Positions 11,846 through 22,276 of a DNA stretch of 64,000 nt are shown one piece after another. Origin of the DNA: Podarcis liolepis. Taxonomy: Eukaryota. The position numbers were made by a program, and so were the translations under genes. The notes under the pieces are model-generated. The model was not told the DNA's origin and ran no database searches. It saw nothing but the letters and a program-made list of their open reading frames with translations. Position 1 is the first letter of the stretch. Each line of letters begins with the position of its first letter. The stretch lies in assembly GCA_965112155.1 (NCBI GenBank), contig OZ218100.1; one strand, 5' to 3'.

Positions 11846-12474
11846 TGCCAAGAAAGAGCATTATTAGGACCCATGCTGAGTCCTGCTCACTCTCTGGGTG
11901 ATGGTCTAACCAGGTGATTGATTCTAGGTCCCGTCAAGGGATATCTCAAAACAGGGTGAAAACTATAAGTGAAGAGCTTCATTATATGTATGGCACCGGA
12001 GATAGTCTCAGTGTAGTCCTAAATGGAATCTGGGGGTTTGCATTATTAAATTGCACTTTCTCTATCATGGATTTCTCATATTTGCTAGGAAAAAAGCTCT
12101 ATGATATTGGAAACTGTGAATGTTCCATACTGGATAAAGGGCAGTATGTAAATCTATATAACAAACCAACAAACAGTTATCTAACTAAGCAACACTGAGC
12201 CCATAAAAAAACACCACAATGCCTACTGTTGTGTTTTGATGAATAAGTTGCCAAACACATAATATGGGTCTGATATAGGATGACTGGCTTTGTCCTTCAC
12301 AGTCAACGGTATTATGTTAACTCAGGTACATAATGACAAGTAAATATGAAACAACATTCTTGTGGCATTGAAATTCCCTCCAACTAGAACAGCTGCTATC
12401 ATAAATGAGTATGTGGTCTTTTCTCCTCCACTTATTCATATGAATATATTCAGCAGTAGTCCAAAGTCAACAAC

Positions 12475-12559
12475 CTTTATTTTCTTCCGATGCTTTATTT
12501 TTGGCACATTTTTGTCAGCTGGTCTCACTATCTTGTCTGCTTTGATCCATTCATCATAC
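12475..12559 (-). CDS. ARID4B: ARID4B exon 18 (85 nt), chromobarrel end
   Basis: ccttgtag|GTATGA...ATAAAG|gttgtt; YDEWIKADKIVRPADKNVPKIKHRKKIK. Confidence 0.96.
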
Positions 12560-12620
12560 CTACAAGGAAATAAAATACATAATGTTACATTTTGGGAGAT
12601 ATTCAAAGCATGGTCTTCAG

Positions 12621-12756
12621 CAGGGGTAGCCAATATGGTGCATCCAGATCTTGTTGGACACCAACTCCCATCAATCCCAGCCAACATGGCAGATGGTCAG
12701 AGATGATGGGAATCGGAGTCCAATAGTACCTGGAGGGTCCAGATTAGTTTCCCCAA
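12621..12756. mobile_element. Palindromic hAT-type MITE (~135 bp)
   Basis: CAGGGGTAGCCAA...CCAACTCCCATCA / TGATGGGAATCGG...; self-complementary; same family as 34119-34256. Confidence 0.7.
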
Positions 12757-12802
12757 GTCTACAGGAACAACAAGTAGAAATACAGATAATAACTTTTTAA
12801 GC

Positions 12803-12995
12803 ACATAAGAAGAGCCCTGCTGGATCAGACCAAAGTCCCACCTAGTCCAGTATTCTGTTCTCACAGTAGTAGGTCCCACAGCACATGGGAAGCCTGCAGA
12901 CAGGACATGAGAGAAACAGCATTCTCTGCAGTTGTACTTCCTAGAAATGGGTGTTCAGAGGCATACCAACACCATTACTGGAGGCAGCACATACT
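12803..12995 (-). mobile_element. Old CR1 3'UTR fragment
   Basis: ACATAAGAAGAGCCCTGCTGGATCAGACCAAAG...CTAGTCCAG is the reverse complement of a squamate CR1 terminus; partial relatives near 37870, 24590 and 40050. Confidence 0.65.
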
Positions 12996-13979
12996 TGGTT
13001 ATCTCCAGTAATCACTCTGAAATAACTCAGAAACTTTTCATGGCAATTAAATGTAGCTTATGCTTTGACTAACTCTTACAAAATGAAAAATAAAATATTC
13101 AAAGCAAGAACCATAAATACATTATTTCAACTTACTGACAGCATATCATACAGAATTCTGACAGTCATATTCATCCAACTCAGGAGACAGAATGAAAGTG
13201 GCTTAACATTTAAAATTCAGCAGAAAGAGTATGAATGAGTCGCCACCTTGTTAGCACTAGCACTGTTGAACACATAGTTAACAGCTGTTTCAAGCTGAAG
13301 GCCACATTTCCCTACTTCAAAGAAGTGTCTAAACAGAAATTGTATGAGTCAGGCTATGAATCAATGCTATTTTCTTCCACAAAAGACGACTGCAGGGTCT
13401 ACATTTGATTGACAGAACTGAAACTCCTAGCTGTCTCTTTCCTTCCACTAACTCCAATCGCCAAATAACAAACCTTCACCTATTGCTGCCACCTCCTAAA
13501 AATAACTATCTACTCACCTAAGCATTCTGACTCTCTTAATGCACAAATGTATGTAGACCCTCCACCCATTCTTTCTCAGGTCCTGTAGCAATTTAATTCT
13601 GATTATGCAAAACTGACAATTCCTTGATTTGCTTAAATTTACATGGGATCCCTAGCCTAAATCATCTGTGTAAATATTGATGTACGGTAAACATATGTAG
13701 TCTGTCCAAGGGTTATAGAATTACAAACCAACAGTGAAGGGTCTACAATTATGATGTGAGGCATACATGATATATTATTAGTTGAAAGACAGATGTGAAA
13801 GGCACCTCAATTTGCTATTGCTTTTTTTGAGTTGGAGCGTGGAGGAAGGATACAGAGAACCACAAAGGTACGTTTTTATTATTAAATTGCTTTGAAGAAC
13901 AAGAGGCCACAAAAGCAATGAGAAAACAACTTATTAGGTGCACACACCCTAAATATAACCACCAAATATCACTCTCTTG

Positions 13980-14012
<33 letters not shown>
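13980..14012. repeat. Compound (CT)n(CA)n microsatellite
   Basis: Direct reading of the sequence. Confidence 0.95.
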
Positions 14013-14014
<2 letters not shown>

Positions 14015-15890
14015 CTTTTGTATGCCTAGATTTCAGGACAAAAAGTTCTACTCTGTTTTCTACTGAGGCTGAAAAGTCCAATCTCAGATTTAGGGTTTGC
14101 ATTTCTTGTAGGGAATTAGCAAGAGCCTCAGGGCACGAACTCTAGGGGAAATTTAAACTAGTGGCTTTATGTTGATGGTCTATTGAGTACAACGTTTCTA
14201 AGGGTCACACTCAAAGTTAAATATACATAATAGAAACCCTTCAGTAACTAAACAATCACATGAATTAACAGGATTCTCTAGCCCTTATAAGTATTATCTA
14301 AATCTTTCCCTCAAAAGCTAGAGTTTCAAACTGGAATACGTTCAATACAAATCACCCAAGCCACAATTAAGACTTTATAGTCAACCGCTCACAAATCTAT
14401 CATTTCTACATACTAACACCAATATCATTTCAAAACTTAACTATAGCTCCTCTTGGATCTCTTATAAATAAAAATAGTTTAAAGCCTATAAATAAAAGTT
14501 CTTTCACAATGAAGCAAGTAAAGCCTGAGCTCAACTTTCAACTTCTTTCTAATGCTAGGGAGAAAAAGGGTGTTGCTTGAGTAGTGTTGTATATAAAATA
14601 TACATCCTTTTCAAAGGAAATGAAATACAAAAAAATCAAAGGCTTTATACAAGTTCATTACATCAGTTTCCAAGTCATATGTTGTGTATTCACTATTTAC
14701 ACTTGAACATAGAAGGCAAAACTCTTATTATTTTGCAATACATGCTCAACTTGGTTTGAAGACACATGTGAGCAAGTCAACAGTTAAGGAAACTAAATAC
14801 TGCAAGAAAAAGAAAAAGAAAATCCTACAGTTCAAAATCTTTACTAGCAGTCTCTTATTTGTCTGATAAGCAATGAGTTCATTGAACACAGCTCCATTAT
14901 GAAAATAGAGAAGGTAGCATGACAAGAGTTTCCAACTATGACTCATGATGGCTGACTTTGCCAACATCAGAGAAGTCTAATATGGCATCTCTCCAACCTT
15001 CCGAGACAAAGATAACTATAAAAGCAATGAAGATCCAAATGGCAAGCAAAGATGATAAGAAGGTCTACATGAGTATTAAATGAGAAATACAAAAGCCCTT
15101 GCAAAACACATATCCATAAAACAAACTTTTGAAAGAGCCTGAGGATGCAGCAATTTGAGAACTGCACGGAGTAGAAAATTCAATTAATGGCATAAAAGAA
15201 GTCAAGAACATTTTTGGCAAAAATTAAACCCACCATTTCCCCAAAGCACTAAATTACAGCAGCAAGCCATAATAAGAGGAAGATGCTCAGACATAAAATC
15301 AGTGACACAAGTAACTATGGCAAGATGAATCTTCTTTAGAAGTGTATGGTAACAAGAAACCAGGTCTGGCCAAGTGAAAGTCAGCTATTTACTGTCCACA
15401 AAGATGCACATAAGAATCCTAGGTGCTCAAAGAAGCTGGTCATCTGGTTTAAGTGCTGAAAATGAACGATAAGATTCTTGCATGCATGCAATCATCCAGA
15501 TAGAAATCCAGTTACTCCAAATGAAACCTCACCTCTACTTCATGGTAAAATGTATGCTTTGCTTTTTCATGCTAGACTTTGAGAAATGTGTAAAGATCTA
15601 GCTGTGTGTTGCCCAATACTACATGATGAGCAGAGCCATAAGCTATTTCTCTGTTATGTACTACTTAAAATAATGCTGAGAAAGGAGTCCAAACAAGACT
15701 ATTTTTCTTGATCTATATGCTATTCAGTTGCTGTGGCTATATCCTATAATATAAATAATTTTATACAGTACAATGATCTCCAAAGAGCAGCAATATTGAA
15801 AAAAAATTCAATATTCAGTGTGTTTTAAAATACACAAGTGTATTTTAGAAGTATTTTTAAGGAAGTAATCACTAGCTAAATCTCAATTAC

Positions 15891-16139
15891 CTCACATTCC
15901 ATCCGCAGTAGTGCACCAAGTAAAGGACTTCTCCACCTTCAATATCAGAATCTTTAATACTAGCTTCATACATTTTTTGATTTTTCCCTCGTCCATACCG
16001 CACTTGGACTTTCATGCCTGGTGGATAACACTCAAATTCTTCTTCTTCCTCATTGTTGTCATTGTTGTCATCTTCCTCTTCTTCCTCCTCCTCTTCTGCT
16101 TCTTCTTCATCTTCTTCTTCCTCCTTAATGGTGCCATTG
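15891..16139 (-). CDS. ARID4B: ARID4B exon 17 (249 nt), poly-E tract plus most of the chromobarrel/Tudor-knot domain; frame-symmetric
   Basis: ctttcaag|CAATGG...GTGAG|gtaatt; ...[52 protein letters not shown](R); phase 2-2. Confidence 0.95.
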
Positions 16140-16575
16140 CTTGAAAGGTTTAAAAAATGTCAGTTAATAAAAAGATTGGGGAAATGTTCTGTGCCAAATG
16201 GCGTATATTGATTAATACTGCGGATGCATAGAGGGTGAAGAACCGCAGGCTCCATATATATATGTAAATATATATGAAATCCCTTAAAAGATGAGAATTT
16301 TTAATTTATATTGTCAACTGACAAGAATTTAGCAATCAGAATAGTGACAGAAAGAAGCTTTAAAACTTACAGAAGATTTTAAAAAGATGACTTGCTTTAA
16401 TGAAAAAAACGTTTACCACCATCTATGAAGATTAAAGATGCAGTCAAAAGCCAAGATGCTAGCTGAGACCTCTTCCCCCCGCTTCTTGGGCCCATATTTC
16501 TCTGTCTCTCCCTATAGAATGTATTTGAATGTTTCACTGTGCTTCATACATAACTAGTTTTCAGAACACAGACTC

Positions 16576-16707
16576 CTAGAGTTCTAGAGTTGGAAGGGAC
16601 CACAAAGGTCATCTAATCCAACCCCTTGCAATGCAGAAATCTTTTGCCCAATGTGGGGCTTGAACCCAGGACCCTGAGATTAAGAGTCCCATGCTCTACC
16701 AACTGAG
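16576..16707 (-). mobile_element. tRNA-Lys(CTT)-derived SINE with CR1-derived tail
   Basis: Minus strand reads CTCAGTTGGTAGAGCATGGGACTCTTAATCTCAGGGTCCTGGGTTCAAGCCCCAC (A/B boxes, CTT anticodon loop) joined to GGTTGGATTAGATGACC...GGTCCCTTCCAACTCTAG. Confidence 0.8.
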
Positions 16708-19700
16708 TATACACTGAGGTCTTTTTTTTGTTTTGGAACATAACATTAGTTGGCAAAGGACTGCTTTAAAAGCACAGGTGTGCTTTCGTTGCTAAGGCTT
16801 CAATTCAAAAAATTGTGCAATTAATTCCGCATACTGAAAGCAGTAGCAACCCAAGCCTCATGGTTAAAACTCTTTTGACATTAGGATGAATTTCAAAAGT
16901 AGCTTGTGAAGAAGGAGGCAGGTGTGTATCTATTTAAAATCTCAATGGGCACACCCACACCCTTGGGTACGTATAAAATAGCTCTTTGGATCCTGGTCAT
17001 GACACAGAAAGTAGTGGTCTAAGTTTTCAAAATTAAAAACTCAACCCAATATTTATGAATTTTAAATAACAGATTTTTTTTTCAGGTCCTCTCCCTAGAA
17101 GTCATGGGCACTGAATTTCCCACTGAATTTATTCATGACTTTTGAAGAGGCAAGCATCCAAAATTGGCGGCTATTTTTCATAAGCCTTGACAAAAATCCA
17201 AAGAGGGAGAAGTTGGATGAGAGAGAACCACATGCGCAGCTGAAGCTCTCCCTAGCTGTTTTTGCCATAGCCGTTTCTGCTGCTGAAGAACCAAGCCTTT
17301 GTTGAGTATAAAAAGCAGCTTTTCTCATACCCAGCGGCAAGTGCTGTGACCAGAACAGATAGTTTAAGTTATGCATGTTTTCTCTCCTATGTTACACACA
17401 TCCATTCTAATTTGTCTCCAATAATAAACTGGATTTGGCAATGTGCTTACTTCATTATGCTTAATAAGTAAGCACTTCTTGGAGTAAATTTCAAAACCAT
17501 TGTAAAATGTTTTTGAACAAGTTACAGCTAGAGAAAGAGGCTTTGCAAGAAATTTATAATCTAAATTTTAATTTTTAGTATTTCATATAGAAAAAGCCAT
17601 TTCTCATATAAATGAATGTAATATGGTTTCCTCTCCCAGTGTTCCAAGGATACAAATTTCATTGTAATTCAGATGCTTTTACCATATAAAAAGGGATCAA
17701 TCTCCCAGAAAGAACAAGCTAAACCTTAATTTGCCCATGTGTCTTCAACGGGAATATCAATGAAACAACTGTAGGGATTTTGAGCTCAACAAGCATGTTC
17801 TCCCCCATTTCAATTGTTGTTTGTCATACAACAGTCTCCCCCCCCCCCCCATGATGCAGCATATTCAGCCACACCTTTTCAAAGAATTGGAAGGTACCCT
17901 GAGGAATGATCATCTCAAAATGTATTGATTTTGTTTTGCAACACAAGGGGTGGGAACATAAAGCCATTCTGTAATTTAAAAAGCTAACAAAAAAACACTA
18001 TTGGGTGTGCGGGGTTAGTAACTGATTTTCAGTTTCTCATCTAAAAGGGATCTAGAAACACTTGCATAGATTTCAGCATTTCTCTCTCATCTGTCCCCTG
18101 CTTTCCAACATCAATTTTACACCATCAGTGCTTTCAATTCTTTAAAAAAACACAAATCTATTAAATATTAGGCAGCACACTAATGAATAAGTTCATGTTA
18201 AACAGAAAATTCTATTTTTTTTAATATTATGTGCATTTTTCGTATTAAGTTATTATGAAATCTTAATTATATAAATCAGGAAAAGGCAAAACACAGCCAT
18301 TGGTGCCCTTTAGTTCTCACTCTTTTGCTTTTAAATTGAGTATCTAACCTTCAATGTAGTAAAAAAATAAATATTTAAAAGCTTGAAAAAATTATGGAAG
18401 CGTGAAAATCTCAGCAAATTAAATAATCCTCAAATCCTCAGAGCAAGTTATAACATCTTCTGGAACCAAATACCAGGATGCATAATAAAGTTAAAGCGGA
18501 GATCATTTTTTAAAATATATGTTTAAAAGGGGTGAAGAGTGATTTGCAATCACAGATGGAAGATACAAAGATGCAACCAATGTCAAGAATATTCACGTCA
18601 GGGAACAGCAGAACTGTCAAGAACACATGCCTCCAAGTTTTTCAATAGATTTTTAAAAATAGCTCTGTACTATGAAGACCACAGCATTCTATTCCCAGAT
18701 TGAAAATCTTGCCATACAGAAAAGAAGCAAAGCACTGAATACCATGAAGCAGAAGTCCTGAGGGAAAATGTTGCCAGGATAGGCCAGTATGCCTTCAAGA
18801 AACCTTACTTTACATATCTGCGTACAGACAGAAGCTAGATTTCTTGTATTTCAGACTTTGGTAAACCTAATATAAAAAGCATTTGCATAGCAGATGGTGA
18901 TGTCTATAAGCTTTTAAATAGGATTTTAAAAACTCCAGTAAAGTGAAGATTTTGGCTAAATGGTAGTGTTGTAAAGCAGACAACTGAAAGGTCAGTTCAT
19001 TAGAACGATGGATTCCAAAGTACATCAATAAGATAACACAGTAAGATGATGATGTAAGCAGTTCCCATATGTAAGCTGCCTCAAGCAGTTCAAGTAAAAA
19101 CTGTCCTAAAGAACAGGAGCTTCAACCTTCAGAAAAGGAAAGTGAAAGAAACCAGCCAGCGACAACAGAAGACTGCAACTACGTTAAAAGGTTTATAGGG
19201 AACGGACACACTTGATAATCATCAAAGTAAATACTGTTAAAAGACGAGCCTGAATATTAGTTAGTGTATAAAGGATTTACTATCACAATGCAGTAATCGT
19301 TCTGATCATATTTGAAAGAGGAAAAATATTAATTGTATCTAGAGTCTGCTTAGGGTAAATCCCTCTTCCAAATTTCAAACTACTCTGTTACTTCTACATT
19401 AGTGGCTATTTTGCATAGTATACATCATTTACTCTGATAATTGCTCTCTTGAGAAACATCTTTTGCAAATCTCCAGAAACACAATCTAAGGAACCGAACA
19501 CTTCACTCCTATATAATCAATAATTCAATTAAACTGAAATAAGTATATCAAGCAGCACTTTGATATGCCTAACTAACTTGAATCCCCCCCCCCCCAAAAA
19601 AAAATCATTGTGAGCATAGCACAGTATCCTGTGAAGTTTCCTCATTTCAAACCAAGTACACTCAACAACAGTATCTGGTAGAAATCAATGAGGCTCGATC

Positions 19701-20659
19701 AGCGTAAGTCATTTTCTATTGCCCCTTACGATACTCATCGTAGTGGTCCTATAAATGTTATTGTACAAAATGATTAACCAATGATATCATCTGTGTGAAC
19801 GGCACAGGCTTCTACTTGCACAATGGGATTTCCCTTTCCCCTCTTCACCCATTCAGTACACCCCATGCCCCCAAAATCTGCTCGAACATTTGGGGAATGG
19901 GGGGGGGGAAGGCTGCAGAGGGAAGGGGAGGAAGGGCAAGTCCCATCATGCATTTTTAGGAAAAGCAAGATAATTTTTCAGAAAAGATCTGTTTTCACTA
20001 TGCAGGCATCCCCACATACGTGCACGACCACGTATATGCATGTCGCCAGGAAATAAATAATTCAATTCACGTGGCTCATGAGGAGAGCCTCACCGGAGCT
20101 GGAAGAGGGCATCAATGAGGGCAGAGGGAGCATCAAAGAGTCTGGAGGCGCAATGGGGCTTTGTTTAGGCTGCTCAGCCTCCCCCATCGCTTTTCCATGC
20201 AGCCTCCAGCTGACCCCAGAGCTTCAATTCTAGTTGTGGATATTTTTGGATACAGTAATTTTTGGGGGGTCTGCATTGGAGACAGAGCTTCAGATAAGAT
20301 ATTTAGAGAGTGCTCCCTATCTACACAATTTTCGCTAATGAGTGCGAGGGCCCGGAACATAACTCCCATGTAAGTGGGCAGACACTATATATTTGTTTAA
20401 GTTGCACATTTTCTGCTTGTTTTCCCTAGGTTTTATATCTCAGATGGGGACCTCAGGCCCAGCATCTGAATATAACCCTCCTCACCTCTCTATCTGGTCC
20501 TTGGGACTTGGCCCAGGGCGCACACCCTCACCAACCTTACTTCATTGCCTTGCTGGAATGTGTCCTTGAACTCATAGAATTGTATATTGTTCCCTTGCCG
20601 AGCATCAGTAAGTTCTTCTTGATGTTTAGTTGGATTCTCCTTTCTTGTAACTTCTTTTC

Positions 20660-20960
20660 ACATGTACTTTTGGCAAGCCAGGTGTCCCCCATTTTAATTT
20701 GTACAGCTGGTTCTTCCTGCCTAAGTGCAGGACCCGACGTTTGTCCCTATTGAAATTCATTTTGTTAGTTTGGGCCCAGTTCCCCAATCTGTTAAGCTCA
20801 TCGTGAATCCCGATTCTGTTACTCAGCAGCATTGGCTATCCCTCCCAGTTTGGTGTCATCTGCAGATTTATGAGCACCTTCATCCAAATTACAATGGGCC
20901 CAGGACAGAACCTCTTGTCACCCCACTTGTCACTTTTTTCCAGGATGACAAGGAACTGTT
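20660..20960 (-). mobile_element. CR1 LINE ORF2 (reverse transcriptase) fragment
   Basis: IHDELNRLGNWAQTNKMNFNRDKRRVLHLGRKNQ matches the CR1 RT C-terminal motif; a degenerate VTSGVPQGSVLGP-like block lies upstream. Confidence 0.85.
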
Positions 20961-22220
20961 ATCACAGTTTCACAGGCTAACCAAACAGCATTCAAAAGTT
21001 TTCGGCACTTTAAAATGTATTCCATGAAAAGTAAGAGAGAGGCAATGTCTGCATAGCTACACAAGTTCTGTCAGTCTTTTGGACTATCCTTAAAAGGTGG
21101 TAGTGGGGACAGATTGTGGCAATTTTGAATATGCAACAATTAACTAATTTCCTGATGGAAGCACACCATAGCTAATCTAAAAGACTATGAAAGAAGCACA
21201 GCTATATTGCTTAATTTATTATCATTATCATTACACATTCCATAGATTTCAATCACTGATTCACGAAGTCGTATCTATCATTAGCTTTAGCAGATTGCCC
21301 CCCGCCCCCCAAGCATTACTATATCATGAGTCACAGAAGCAAAACACAAATATAGCAAAGCATAAGAAATCTGTTCTCTAGAAAAAAATATGATGCCCAT
21401 CACTATTGCAACTCACAATTGTAATTGTCCCAGACAAAACACTAATAAATTTATAGACTAAAGAACCAGGGCCTGAGGAATCAGAGCTTTCAAAATGTTA
21501 GAATTTATATATTTGTGACTAGAATATAAGAGGCAAAATGTGCAAAACACAAGTACTGGATACATGTATTACACATTATTTTAAACCCATTTGTAACAAC
21601 CACATAAATTAATGTATGTTCTGGGAAGAGCAAAGACAACAGAACAACTTGTACAAAAGCCTCCTTTTGTATCCCAATATGCTAAAATGCTCTTCATTTC
21701 AATTAAATCCAAACAGCCATGGTTCTCTTTACTACCTTATCCCACAATAGCTGTTTTATTTCAATGAAGCTATTTAGCTAAAAGTTGCTAACCTCAGGAT
21801 TAGTGGGGGGTTTTAAAAACAAAACAAACTATACTTCCATAAGGTTTTGATGAAAGTAGAACCACACAAAAGACTCGTGTCCGATCTATGCATTTTAACA
21901 GTATGGTCATTACAGGCCGCAGATACAATCTTTGTATGTAGTTGTACCCGAGATTCTTCAATTACATGTGTAACTTGCAAGAAATCAGGTAACAGTGTTT
22001 GCAGATATGAAAGAGCGTACAAAGCTGAGGGTTGTCTTGATAAGTATTTTTATATGTGAGACTAAACAGCCCACTGCAATCCTGACTGAAAGCCACCACA
22101 GAATTGAGGCAATGCAATGGCTAGCATGCTCCTGAACAAAAAAAGTGGCTAACAGCACAAGACTGCCTATTCTAAGGCAAATCACTAGTGAAACGGAATT
22201 GCTAAAGATTATCAAGTGTA

Positions 22221-22276
22221 GAAGGAAGGAAGGAAGGAAGGAAGGAAGGAAGGAAGGAAGGAAGGAAGGAAGGAAG
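22221..22276. repeat. (GAAG)14 microsatellite; (CTTC)14 in the pre-mRNA
   Basis: Perfect tetranucleotide run followed by AAAGAAAG. Confidence 0.97.

Noticed and set aside
16640-16707. tRNA-Lys gene
   Set aside because: The 5' acceptor stem is missing, there are stem mismatches, and it is fused to a CR1 tail with no Pol III terminator, so it is a SINE.
21813-22022. 69-aa minus-strand ORF as an in-frame cassette exon
   Set aside because: Its AG candidates enter in phase 1 or 0, but intron 16 requires phase 2.
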